Origin: an uncultured delta proteobacterium
GTDB taxonomy: Bacteria > Desulfobacterota > Binatia > Binatales > Binataceae
Direction of reading: 5' to 3'
DNA length: 64,000 bases
Assembly (NCBI GenBank): GCA_963842085.1
Contig: CAWJET010000001.1
Coordinates: 2,240,001-2,304,000 of the forward strand
This document shows, one piece after another, positions 1 through 12,342 of this stretch. Numbering within the stretch: position 1 is the first letter of the stretch; every line of letters begins with the position of its first letter. A model generated the notes under the pieces. It did not search any database. It saw only the letters and a program-made list of their open reading frames with translations, and was not told where the DNA came from. The position numbers were made by a program, and so were the translations under genes.

Positions 1-238
1 GTTCGAAGATCCCGATCGTTTCGACATCACGCGCACACCGCGCGACCACGTTGCATTCGGCGAGGGCATTCACTTCTGCATCGGCGCGCCGCTGGCGCGG
101 CTGGAGGGTGCGATTGCGATCGGCGCGATGCTCGAGCGCTTCCCGCGGATGCGTTTGGAGGATCCCGCGGCGCCGGTGACTTACAAGGGTTCTTACTTCC
201 TTCGGGGATTGGCGTCGCTCAAGATGGCGACTGACTGA
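1..238 (+). CDS. Cytochrome P450, 3' end only (5' part outside window)
   Basis: Frame starting at base 2 reads [11 protein letters not shown]...[20 protein letters not shown]...[18 protein letters not shown], containing the PxRF and FxxGxHxCxG heme-thiolate motifs. Stop at 236-238. Not in the ORF track. Confidence 0.93.
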   Translation, partial: FEDPDRFDITRTPRDHVAFGEGIHFCIGAPLARLEGAIAIGAMLERFPRMRLEDPAAPVTYKGSYFLRGLASLKMATD

Positions 239-251
239 GCAGGGCTCATTC

Positions 252-458
252 ATGGCCGCTGAAGTGCAATTCAACATTTGGGATCCCGAATTTCGCGCAA
301 ATCCGCATCCGTACTATGGCCCGCCGCCCGAGCAGGTTTACGAAGGCCGGTTCAAAGGCTCGCGCAACATGCTGGGTTCCGATCCGCCGCAAAAACCGGC
401 GTACAAGGGTTCGTGCTTCTTGCGCGGCCTCGAGTCATTGCCGGTGGCGATCGATTAG
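252..458 (+). pseudogene. Internally deleted cytochrome P450 remnant (68 aa)
   Basis: P450 N-terminal pattern (FNIWDPEFRANPHPYY), B-C region motif (NMLGSDPP), and a C-terminus (YKGSCFLRGLESLPV) resembling that of the upstream P450. No heme-binding Cys motif. Confidence 0.75.
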
Positions 459-464
459 TTGCCG

Positions 465-1787
465 ATGACCGAACCCGCCGTCACGCTGGATTTGAAGCCC
501 GAACCCGGCGCTGCGGTTGACGAAGCCGGCCGCAGGAGCACACACCTTGGGCTGCTGGGCAGGACGCCGCCGTTCACCAGGCGGCAACGCCGGGTATTCT
601 GGATCGCATCGACCGCGGGATTTTTCGATCAGTACGATCGCGCGCTGCTGAGTCTCGCCCTCAAGCAAATCCAGGCGGGGCTCAAGATCGCGGAATCGCA
701 CCTCGGCGCGATGCTCTCGGTGATCCGGCTCGGCTACCTGCTGACGCTGCTGATGACCCCGTTTGCCGACGTCTTCGGGCGCCGCCGGCTGCTGCTCTAC
801 ACGGTGATGGGCTACACGGTCTTCACCGGGCTGAGTGCCATCGCGCCGGGAGAGCGGACATTCGTCATCTGCCAGATCGTCGCACGCGCATTCGCGGGCG
901 CCGAAGCCGCGATCGCGATGGTGATAGTGGCGGAGGAAGTCGACGCCGCCCATCGCGGCTGGGCGATTGGGCTGCTGAGCGCGGTGTCGTCGGTGGGCTA
1001 CGGCCTGGCCGCGGTCGTGTTCGCGTTTATCAACGTGATTCCCTACGGCTGGCGCGGGCTCTACGCGATCGCGCTGGTGCCTCTCGTGCTGATCATTCCG
1101 CTGCGGCGCGTGCTGCCGGAAAGCGCGCGCTTCGAGAGGGAGAAACTCGAAGGGCTGCGGCCGGTGAAAGTCTGGGAGCCGCTCGGACAGTTATATAGCG
1201 CTTACCCGCGACGGCTCGTCATGATGCTGTCGATTGCGTTCCTGGGCTCGATGGGCGGCAACGCGTCGGGTTTTCTGTTTCCGAAGTTTCTGCAGGAGAC
1301 GCATCATTGGTCGCCGGGCAACGTCTCGTCGTTGTTTTTCTTTGGCGGTGCGCTCGGAATAATGGGCTCGATCGTCGCGGGCCGGATGAGCGATCGCCAC
1401 GGCCGGCGCGTGATGGGCGCGGCGTTCCTGTTGCTGGCGCCGCTGCTGACTATCTGGATGTACACGGCGCCGGGCTGGTCGATCGTACCGGCCTGGATAT
1501 TGGAAACATTTTTCGATATCGCGTCGGGCACGATCCTCAATGCCTACAGCGCGGAGTTGTTCCCGACCTCGTATCGTTCGACGGCGGGAAGCGCACTCGC
1601 GGTCGCGGGCACGACCGGCGGCGCGCTTGGCCTGTTCTTCGAGAGCGTGCTGTTCAACGTCACCGGCTCGCACGCGCACGCGATCTGCTACCTGACGGTG
1701 TTCTGGATTATCTCGCCGGCGATCATGTGGTTCCTTCCGGAGACCTCGGGACGTGAACTCGAGGAGATCTCGCCCGAAACAAAGTAA
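465..1787 (+). CDS. MFS transporter (AAHS/SV2-like)
   Basis: About 12 hydrophobic segments; motif A twice (ADVFGRRR, SDRHGRR); SAELFPTSYR; LPETSG terminus. Confidence 0.9.
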   Translation: MTEPAVTLDLKPEPGAAVDEAGRRSTHLGLLGRTPPFTRRQRRVFWIASTAGFFDQYDRALLSLALKQIQAGLKIAESHLGAMLSVIRLGYLLTLLMTPFADVFGRRRLLLYTVMGYTVFTGLSAIAPGERTFVICQIVARAFAGAEAAIAMVIVAEEVDAAHRGWAIGLLSAVSSVGYGLAAVVFAFINVIPYGWRGLYAIALVPLVLIIPLRRVLPESARFEREKLEGLRPVKVWEPLGQLYSAYPRRLVMMLSIAFLGSMGGNASGFLFPKFLQETHHWSPGNVSSLFFFGGALGIMGSIVAGRMSDRHGRRVMGAAFLLLAPLLTIWMYTAPGWSIVPAWILETFFDIASGTILNAYSAELFPTSYRSTAGSALAVAGTTGGALGLFFESVLFNVTGSHAHAICYLTVFWIISPAIMWFLPETSGRELEEISPETK

Positions 1788-1833
1788 TCTGATTTCCCCG
1801 CGACTCATCGACGCGCTAGATTTGCGGCGACGC

Positions 1834-2316
1834 ATGGAAGCAGAGTTGCATCGCCGCTTGCGCGTCCGAATCGGCCCGTTTGCTCTGGTGGCCGTCCTGC
1901 TCGCGTTGCTCGGATGCGCGCGCGGTCCATGCGTCGCGATAGTCGGCCCTGACGACAAGCCGCGCGCCACCGTTACGGTCGAAGTCGCGAACACCGGGGC
2001 GCAGCGCGAGCTCGGCCTGATGTTTCGCAAGCATCTGGACGACAATGCGGGGATGATCTTTGTCTTCCCGGATGCGGCGCGCCGGAATTTCTGGATGCAC
2101 AATACGCCGATTCCCCTCGACATGATTTTCGCCGCCTCAAACGGCGTGGTGACGGGAATCGTCGCCAACGCGGAGCCCTACTCCGACAAGCTGCTCGGCG
2201 TCGAAGGCAACTCGGAGTATGTGCTCGAAGTGAACGGCGGCTTCTGCGCCAGGAACGGAATCAAGCCCGGCGACCGCTTGGACTTCTCGGGCTTTCCCAC
2301 CCATACATCGCAATAA
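1834..2316 (+). CDS. DUF192 family exported protein
   Basis: VEVA...GLMFR...GMIFVF...FWMHNTPIPLDMIF...VLEVNGG motifs; hydrophobic N-terminus with LLGC. Start uncertain. Confidence 0.88.
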   Translation: MEAELHRRLRVRIGPFALVAVLLALLGCARGPCVAIVGPDDKPRATVTVEVANTGAQRELGLMFRKHLDDNAGMIFVFPDAARRNFWMHNTPIPLDMIFAASNGVVTGIVANAEPYSDKLLGVEGNSEYVLEVNGGFCARNGIKPGDRLDFSGFPTHTSQ

Positions 2317-2363
2317 TCAGGCGCTTTAACCGGCGGCGAACATGCGGTATCTATCTTGCCGGT

Positions 2364-2389
2364 GGCGCGCGACGGGCGCCTTTTTGTTT
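2364..2389 (+). terminator. Possible intrinsic terminator
   Basis: GGCGC-N7-GCGCC hairpin followed by TTTTTGTTT, between the DUF192 gene and pccB. Confidence 0.4.
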
Positions 2390-2422
2390 GCCGTCTATCT
2401 CGCTTTATCGCGGTCGTGACAA

Positions 2423-3976
<1,554 letters not shown>

Positions 3977-4085
3977 AGAGCGCGACTGGCCGCCGCACGC
4001 AGTTAGCCCGCGCGCGCCGGATTCAGTATAGAATTTGGAGAGCGATGAGCCCGGCCTCAGAATGGCCGGAAGCCAGGGAAGATTG

Positions 4086-5600
4086 ATGTTCAAGCGGATA
4101 CTAATCGCCAACCGCGGCGAGATCGCGGTGCGGATCATCCGCGCCTGCCGCGACTTGGGAATCGAATCGGTCGCCGTCTACTCGGACGCCGATCGCGCCG
4201 CGCTGCACGTGCGCGAAGCCGATCATGCCTACCCGGTCGGTCCGGCGCCGGCGGCCGAGAGCTATCTCAACACCGCGAAAATTCTTGAAGCGGCAAAACA
4301 CACCAAGGCCGACGCCGTGCATCCGGGCTACGGCTTTTTCTCGGAACGCGCCGCGTTCGCACGCGCGGTGCAGAAAGCCGGCCTGACCTGGATCGGGCCG
4401 CCGGCCGAGGCGATCGAGCGGATGGGCGACAAGGTCGAGTCGCGCAAATTGATGTCGGCGGCGAAGGTGCCGGTCGTGCCGGGCTCGCCGGGAACGCTCG
4501 AGACCGAAGCCGAAGTGGCAGCGATCGCGAAAAAGCTCGGGTTTCCGATCATGGTGAAGGCGGCCGCCGGCGGCGGTGGCAAGGGACTGCGCTTCGTCGA
4601 GAACGCCAAAAACCTCGGCTCGGTGGTGCGCACCGTCTCGAGCGAGGCCAAGTCGTCGTTCGGCGACGGGCGCTTTTACGTCGAGAAATTTCTGAAGCAG
4701 CCGCGGCATATCGAAGTGCAGGTGCTCGCCGACGCGCACGGCAACATCGTCCACGTCTTCGAGCGCGAATGCTCGATCCAGCGCCGCCATCAGAAGGTCG
4801 TCGAGGAATCGCCGTCGCCGTTCATCACGCCCAAGATGCGGGCCGAGATGGGCGAAGTCGCGGTCCGCGCGGCCAGGGCGGTGAACTACGTAAGCGCCGG
4901 GACGATCGAGTTCCTGGTCGACGCGGAGCGCAACTTCTATTTTCTGGAGATGAACACGCGCATCCAGGTCGAGCATCCTGTCACCGAGCTGGTGACGGGC
5001 GTGGATTTGGTGCGCGCGCAAATCGAAATCGCCGCGGGGGCGAAGCTGCCGTTCAGGCAAACGGATCTCGCGCAGCGCGGATGGGCGATCGAGTGCCGAA
5101 TCTACGCGGAAGATCCGGCGGCCGGGTTTGCCCCGGCGCCCGGAAAAATCGAGACGCTCAGATTTCCCGACGGTCCGGGCGTGCGCAACGACGCGGGCGT
5201 CTACGCGGGCGCCGAAGTGCCGGTCTTTTACGACCCGATGATCTCCAAGCTGGCGGTGTGGGGCGCGAATCGCCAGCAGGCGATCGACCGGATGCGGCGC
5301 GCACTGGGCGAATTCGCAATTTCCGGCGATCTGCGCACCAACCTCGACTTTCATCGCTGGCTTGTGGCGCATCCCAGGTTTTTGAAGGGTGACTTCGATA
5401 CCAATTTCATCGACCACGAGTATCGTCCGAATGAGAACGGCGCCGCGCCGCGCGGTGCGGAGCTGGCGGCGATTTTTCTCGCGGCGATCGCAGCGCAGAG
5501 AAACACCAATCACAGCAATGGCGCCGGCGCGCAGCCGGTGGCCGCGCCGAATGCGTCCGCGTGGCGGATGCTCGGCCGGCTCGACATGCTGCGCAGATAG
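4086..5600 (+). CDS. accC: Biotin carboxylase subunit
   Basis: MFKRILIANRGEIA, HPGYGFFSE, RECSIQRRHQK, FLEMNTRIQVEHPVTE, YDPMISKL. Confidence 0.93.
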   Translation: MFKRILIANRGEIAVRIIRACRDLGIESVAVYSDADRAALHVREADHAYPVGPAPAAESYLNTAKILEAAKHTKADAVHPGYGFFSERAAFARAVQKAGLTWIGPPAEAIERMGDKVESRKLMSAAKVPVVPGSPGTLETEAEVAAIAKKLGFPIMVKAAAGGGGKGLRFVENAKNLGSVVRTVSSEAKSSFGDGRFYVEKFLKQPRHIEVQVLADAHGNIVHVFERECSIQRRHQKVVEESPSPFITPKMRAEMGEVAVRAARAVNYVSAGTIEFLVDAERNFYFLEMNTRIQVEHPVTELVTGVDLVRAQIEIAAGAKLPFRQTDLAQRGWAIECRIYAEDPAAGFAPAPGKIETLRFPDGPGVRNDAGVYAGAEVPVFYDPMISKLAVWGANRQQAIDRMRRALGEFAISGDLRTNLDFHRWLVAHPRFLKGDFDTNFIDHEYRPNENGAAPRGAELAAIFLAAIAAQRNTNHSNGAGAQPVAAPNASAWRMLGRLDMLRR

Positions 5601-5615
5601 GCGGGACTCCTGACG

Positions 5616-6119
5616 ATGCGATACCACGCGACCGTAGACGGCAAGGAACACGAAATCGAGGTTGAAGAGCTCACCTCGGACTCGTTCGCGATTCGTTTCG
5701 GCGAGAATAGCTTTGAAGCCGATTTGTGTAGGGTAGGACCGGCGTCCTTCTCGGTGATCGTCGGCAATCGCTCCTTCGATTTCGACGTCGCGCGCGACGG
5801 CGACGAGACTGTGGTCGCGTCGCGGAGCGGATCGACGCGGCTAACGGTCGCCGATGCGGCGCGGCGGACCAGGCGCGCCGCCGGCAGGCGGCGCGAGGTT
5901 ACCGGCCGGGTCGAGATAAAAGCCGCGATGCCCGGCCGAGTCGTCAACGTGCTGGTCGCGGCGGGAGACGAAGTCAAAGCGGAACAGGGAATCGTAATCG
6001 TCGAAGCCATGAAGATGGAGAACGAAGTCAAAGCGCCCAAGGCCGGCAAGATCGTCGAAGTGAAGGTGATCGCGGGCCAGACGGTCGAGAAGGGCCAGGT
6101 GATGATTGTTATCGAGTAG
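5616..6119 (+). CDS. Biotin carboxyl carrier protein
   Basis: AAMPGRV and EAMKMENE biotin-attachment motif in the C-terminal domain. Confidence 0.92.
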   Translation: MRYHATVDGKEHEIEVEELTSDSFAIRFGENSFEADLCRVGPASFSVIVGNRSFDFDVARDGDETVVASRSGSTRLTVADAARRTRRAAGRRREVTGRVEIKAAMPGRVVNVLVAAGDEVKAEQGIVIVEAMKMENEVKAPKAGKIVEVKVIAGQTVEKGQVMIVIE

Positions 6120-6157
6120 GTGAGCCAGCCGGATGCGGCCGGTAGAGGCAACTTGTC

Positions 6158-7831
<1,674 letters not shown>

Positions 7832-7969
7832 CGTTTGGCGGGCCGATTCGTATAAAAGAAAGCGCATCGGAAAGGGGCGGCGCGCGGCGGATTGCGCGAG
7901 CGTCGCAAGCCAGTCAGAGATGTGACGATCAGGCGCGGCGACTCGCGCGCTCGATCGGGGAGAAAATAA

Positions 7970-8533
7970 ATGGGGCCGATCCCGAAGGGGACATTTCTGA
8001 CGAAAGGCGTGGGGCGCCATCGCGAGAAGCTGACTTCTTTCGAGCTGGCGCTGCGTTCCGCGGGAATTGCCGAGTTCAACCTCGTGCGTGTCAAGTCGAT
8101 CTTCCCGCCCAACTGCAAACTGCTCAGCCAGCAGGAAGGCCTGAAGTACCTGACGCCGGGGCAGATCGTTTTTGCCGTGATGAGCGACAACGCCACCAAC
8201 GAACCGCATCGGCTGATCGCGTCGTCGGTGGGAGTGGCGCTGCCGAGCAATCCGGCGCAGTACGGCTACCTGTCCGAGCATCACAGCACGGGCGAGACGG
8301 ATCAGAAGGCGGGCGACTACGCGGAGGATCTGGCGGCGATGATGCTGGCGACAATTCTTGGCGTCGATTTCGATCCGAATCTGAGCTACGACGAACGTAA
8401 GGATCTGTGGCGCATGTCGGACAAGATCGTAACGACGCGCAACGTGACGCAGTCGGCGATTGGCGATCGCGACGGGTTGTGGTCGTCGGTGGTCGCGGCG
8501 GCGGTGTTCGTCGATATCCCCAACGGCAAATAG
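7970..8533 (+). CDS. pdaD: Pyruvoyl-dependent arginine decarboxylase
   Basis: SFELALRSAGIAEFNLVRVKSIFPP, GYLSEHH, AEDLAAMML, VVAAAVF. Confidence 0.85.
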   Translation: MGPIPKGTFLTKGVGRHREKLTSFELALRSAGIAEFNLVRVKSIFPPNCKLLSQQEGLKYLTPGQIVFAVMSDNATNEPHRLIASSVGVALPSNPAQYGYLSEHHSTGETDQKAGDYAEDLAAMMLATILGVDFDPNLSYDERKDLWRMSDKIVTTRNVTQSAIGDRDGLWSSVVAAAVFVDIPNGK

Positions 8534-8569
8534 TTTGTACGGCGTGAGCCAGCCGGGTAGGCTTTAGCT

Positions 8570-8869
8570 ATGGCGACAGAAATTCTCTACTGCTCGGCTT
8601 GAGGCTATAAGCCACGTGCGGCCAGTCTGGCCGCATCATTGGATTCCAGGTTCGGCGAGAAGGCTGAAATCACCGCCGGCAAGTCAGGTCAGTTCGACGT
8701 GATCGTGAACGGGCGGCTGGTGTTCTCGAAATCGAGCACCGGACGATTTCCGGTTGACGGCGAAGTCGAAGAGATCTTTGCGGCGCTCAAAGAAGGCCGC
8801 GAGCCTAGGCCGATCGAAAAGAAACCGGAAGGGTTCGTCGAGCGCATGCTCGGAAAGCTCAGAAACTGA
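8570..8869 (+). CDS. Rdx/SelW-like selenoprotein (CxxU), 99 aa by UGA read-through
   Basis: ATG at 8570 gives MATEILYCSA-TGA(8600-8602)-GYKPRAASLA, in frame with the 8639..8869 ORF, which carries GQFDV, VFSK and GRFP Rdx motifs. Confidence 0.88.
8617..8635 (+). promoter_or_regulatory. Putative bacterial SECIS hairpin
   Basis: TGCGGCCAG-T-CTGGCCGCA perfect inverted repeat starting 14 nt after the in-frame TGA. Confidence 0.75.
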
Positions 8870-8906
8870 GCCGACCGCGAACGACGCTGACAGAAAAAGA
8901 ACCTCG

Positions 8907-9998
8907 CTACGGGTGCATGTCGAGAAATTCCTTGAAGCCGCTTCGCTCGTGCGGCCCGAGGATCGCCATCTCGAGAATTCCCATCCCTTCGCGCGAGCCC
9001 ATTTTCGCCTGGCACACGGCCTGGATGTGCTGATGCATCAAGTCGCGCTCGTTGACGTCGGCAGTTCTGAACGACTCGTAGGTTGAGGCGTCGGGGCCGA
9101 CGTACATTCCGTGCCCCCACTTCGGATGAAAGTAGCCGATGCCCTGCATGTAGAAATTGTAAAGCGTCTTCAGTTCGATGCGGCTTTCTACGGCGCGCGG
9201 GGTGTGCAGAATTATCTCGGCGGTCCTCGCGTGGCGCGTCCCGGGTGCGTAGTCAATGTTGAAGTCGACGCCGGCCGCGAGATCGAGCGGGGCGCCGGGC
9301 TCCGCGCGCGTGATAGCGCCGAACTGGTGCCATCGCGAGCCGTCGGCGTTCTCATTGCAGTCGCAATGCGTACAGAGATCTTCGAAATTGGCCGGCGACC
9401 ACAGCCAGTAGAACTGCCCCATCGCGGCCGAGGGCACGCCGGCGGGGTCCTGCGGGCCGATTCCGCGCACGCCCCACGAGCGATCGCGCGACCCCCAGAC
9501 TCGCGACGGTTTTGCATCGTAAGTCTTGCCGGCGACGGTGAGGCTGCCGTTGTAACCGCCGTGCTGCGTGAACCGCGTCAAATCCATGACGAGCCGCGGG
9601 CCGGCGCGGCGGCTGAAGCGCGGTTCCTCGATTGCAGCGGCGCGAGCTTCGAACGTCAGGTCAGCCTTTACGGCTTCATGATCGACGCGAACGCGGATCG
9701 AGCGCATCGGGCGTACGATCTCGATTGAGATCGGGCCGACCCGCGTGTCCATCCGCTCGGCGCCGAGCACGCGCGACGCGCGCACGCAATGCTGCACGCC
9801 GCCGGCGACGACGCTGAATGCGCAATCGATGATTCCGACGTTCGGATAAATTCCCATCGCGGCGGCGAAGTAGGGCTCGCCCTCGCGGAAGTAGCCGTTG
9901 AAAAAAAATCGATCGTAGAAGTTGCGGTCGCTGGTGAAGACCTGCTGCACCGGCTCCGGCGTCTGATGAATCGGATAGTCGTCGCCCTGCGTGATCAT
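8907..9998 (-). CDS. Conserved hypothetical protein (possibly beta-barrel, tocopherol cyclase/AttH-like)
   Basis: 363 aa with typical codon use; DDYPIHQ, NFYDRFFFNG, RDRSWGVR motifs. The fold assignment is a guess. Confidence 0.6.
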   Translation of the reverse strand: MITQGDDYPIHQTPEPVQQVFTSDRNFYDRFFFNGYFREGEPYFAAAMGIYPNVGIIDCAFSVVAGGVQHCVRASRVLGAERMDTRVGPISIEIVRPMRSIRVRVDHEAVKADLTFEARAAAIEEPRFSRRAGPRLVMDLTRFTQHGGYNGSLTVAGKTYDAKPSRVWGSRDRSWGVRGIGPQDPAGVPSAAMGQFYWLWSPANFEDLCTHCDCNENADGSRWHQFGAITRAEPGAPLDLAAGVDFNIDYAPGTRHARTAEIILHTPRAVESRIELKTLYNFYMQGIGYFHPKWGHGMYVGPDASTYESFRTADVNERDLMHQHIQAVCQAKMGSREGMGILEMAILGPHERSGFKEFLDMHP

Positions 9999-10037
9999 CG
10001 TCGTCTCCTGGCGCGAATCTGAAACCCGTCGTTTTGA

Positions 10038-10904
10038 TCAGGTCGAGAAGAGTTTGCCGAGGTCCGCCGTCTCCAGGCGGATGCCGACGTAAAAGGGGCC
10101 GAATTTCGCATACGACGCGCTGGCCTCGTCGAAGCGCATCTCGTAAACGAGCTTCTTGAACACGAGCGGATCGTCGGCGAAGAGATCGACGCCCCACTCC
10201 CAGTCGTCGAATCCAATCGAGCCCGAAATAATTTGCGTCACTTCGCCGGCGAAACGCCGCCCGACCAGGCCGTGGTCGTGCATGAGACGCTGGCGATCTT
10301 CGATCGGCAGGCGATACCAGTTGTCGGCGCCATCGCGCTTCTTGTCCATCGGATAGAAGCACAGGTAGCGCCGCGCGGGAATTTTCGGAAACAGGCGCGG
10401 CGAAATCTTCTCGCGCTGGCGCGCAAGCTCGGATTCGATTTCGGATTTCCAATTTGGCGAGTGCGGTCCGATGCCATTCTCGACGAGCCTGCGATAGAGC
10501 GCGACCGTCGCCTCGTAGAGGCCAATTTCAATCACCGACAAGTACGAGGTGATCGGCTCCAGGTAGTCGCTGAGTGCGAGCCCGGCGACGGCGAGCTCGG
10601 CGTGCCCGAGTTCCTCGAAGCTGCGGCGGAAGTGGACGATCATCAGATCGCCCTTGTGGCCCAGCTCGGAGAAGAGCGCGCTTTCACTATCTTCGCGCCG
10701 GGAGATTTCGCCGAACAGCTTCGCGGCGTCCTTGAGAGCCGCGTTGCGTTTCGCGGCGTCGAGTGTGCGCAATTCCCGGCGGCGCACGCGAAACATCTGG
10801 TGGAGAATGCTGTAACCTTCCAGCGTAAGGGGCGCGGCGGGAAAATCGGCGGGAATCTTTGTCCGGTCCTTGGCGCGATTTTGTTCTGCCCGGTCGGTGC
10901 TCAT
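10038..10904 (-). CDS. hemQ: Coproheme decarboxylase (chlorite dismutase-like family)
   Basis: TLEGYSILHQMF, CFYPMDKKR...NWY...RLMHDHGLVGR, GSIGFDDWEWGVDLFADD, YEMRFDEASA. Confidence 0.87.
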   Translation of the reverse strand: MSTDRAEQNRAKDRTKIPADFPAAPLTLEGYSILHQMFRVRRRELRTLDAAKRNAALKDAAKLFGEISRREDSESALFSELGHKGDLMIVHFRRSFEELGHAELAVAGLALSDYLEPITSYLSVIEIGLYEATVALYRRLVENGIGPHSPNWKSEIESELARQREKISPRLFPKIPARRYLCFYPMDKKRDGADNWYRLPIEDRQRLMHDHGLVGRRFAGEVTQIISGSIGFDDWEWGVDLFADDPLVFKKLVYEMRFDEASASYAKFGPFYVGIRLETADLGKLFST

Positions 10905-10921
10905 GGTGGCAATTCTAGACG

Positions 10922-12328
10922 CTACGCGGCCGGTTGTCTTGAGACGCTTGACCGAATGCACGCGCCGACAAGAGCTTGCGCAACCGATGGATTCGATGCC
11001 CAGTGCGCGTGCACGTATGAGGCGAGGACGTTTCCGAGGCGATAGCCTTCGGCGAACGGCGCGCCGCCCCATCGCGGCGCCACAGTGTAAATGCGATCGA
11101 TCCGATCGGCACTATCGGCACCCTCGAGGGTCGAGTAGCGGAACTGATGGCCGCGAAAGCGCGTCTGCGCGGGACCGAGAATCGAGTCAGCCCGCGTCTC
11201 GACCTCGACGTAGCCAAGCGCCTGGAGCCTGTCGGACATCGCGGCTACGCCGGGAATGATCGCCGCCATCGGCCATCGCGCGCCGTCGAGTGTCCGGATG
11301 GCGTCCGCCAGGTACATCAGGCCGCCGCATTCAGCGTAAATCACGCCGCCGCACAGCGCGAAGGCACGAATGGCCGCGAGCATCGCGCCGTTGAAAGATA
11401 GTTCGCGCGCAAACGCCTCGGGATATCCGCCGCCGAAGTAGAGCCCATCCGCTTCGGGCAATTCGCGATCGCGGATCGGTGAGAAGTTGATGAGCTCGGC
11501 GCCGAGCGAGCGGAGCCGATTCAGATTGTCTTCGTAGTAGAAATGAAACGCGGCGTCGTCGGCGATGCCGATTCGGCACCGAGGCCGCGAAGCCATGCTG
11601 CTCGTGCCGGGTTCCGGACCAACTCCCAGAGCGGGGGCAGAGCGCGCAATCTCGATGATAGCGTCGAGGTCCAGCCAATCGGCCGCGAGCCGGCTCCATC
11701 CGTCGAGCAACCGTTGCGGCACGCTCGATTCATCGGCCATCAGCAGGCCGAGATGGCGTTCGGGAAAAGCGAGATCGGGACTGGCGGGAAATCCACCGAC
11801 GATGGGAACCTCGGGCTGTGCGGCGCGCAACAAATCGAGATGCCCGCGCGAACCGACGCGGTTGCAAATCATGCCGGCTACGCGAACGGCTGGATCGAAA
11901 CGCGCGAAACCCAACGCCACCGCGGCGATCGTGCGCGCGACGCCCGAGGCGTCGGCAACGAGGAACACGGGCGCGTCGAGCCATTTCGCGAGCTGGGCAG
12001 TCGAGCCTTCATCGCCGGTTGGCGTCGCGGAATCGAACAATCCCATCATCCCTTCGATCACCGCGATGTCGGCACCGGCCGAAGCGCGCGCAAAAGTCGC
12101 GATCACCGAAGCGCGATCCATCATCCAGCTGTCGAGGTTGTGCGAGCGGACCGCCGCGGCGCGTTCGTGATAGGTGGGATCGAGATAGTCGGGCCCACAC
12201 TTGAACGGTGTGACCTTGAGTCCGCGCGCGCGCATCGCACCCATCAGTGCGACAGTCGCAGTAGTCTTGCCCACGCCGCTGGCAGTCGCCGCGATAATGA
12301 CGCGAGGAATCTTACCCGAAGGAATCAT
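10922..12328 (-). CDS. cbiA: Cobyrinate a,c-diamide synthase
   Basis: SGVGKTT, FKCGPDYLDP, EGMMGLFD, PERHLGL, GATase AECGGLMYL, SYVHAHW. Confidence 0.93.
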   Translation of the reverse strand: MIPSGKIPRVIIAATASGVGKTTATVALMGAMRARGLKVTPFKCGPDYLDPTYHERAAAVRSHNLDSWMMDRASVIATFARASAGADIAVIEGMMGLFDSATPTGDEGSTAQLAKWLDAPVFLVADASGVARTIAAVALGFARFDPAVRVAGMICNRVGSRGHLDLLRAAQPEVPIVGGFPASPDLAFPERHLGLLMADESSVPQRLLDGWSRLAADWLDLDAIIEIARSAPALGVGPEPGTSSMASRPRCRIGIADDAAFHFYYEDNLNRLRSLGAELINFSPIRDRELPEADGLYFGGGYPEAFARELSFNGAMLAAIRAFALCGGVIYAECGGLMYLADAIRTLDGARWPMAAIIPGVAAMSDRLQALGYVEVETRADSILGPAQTRFRGHQFRYSTLEGADSADRIDRIYTVAPRWGGAPFAEGYRLGNVLASYVHAHWASNPSVAQALVGACIRSSVSRQPAA

Positions 12329-12342
12329 TGCGAGTTGCGATA

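Noticed and set aside
4101-5651. Long antisense ORFs (e.g. 4101..5651, 6680..8284, 16317..17975, 26674..28329)
   Set aside because: They shadow well-supported genes on the opposite strand, lack family motifs, and are expected in high-GC DNA.
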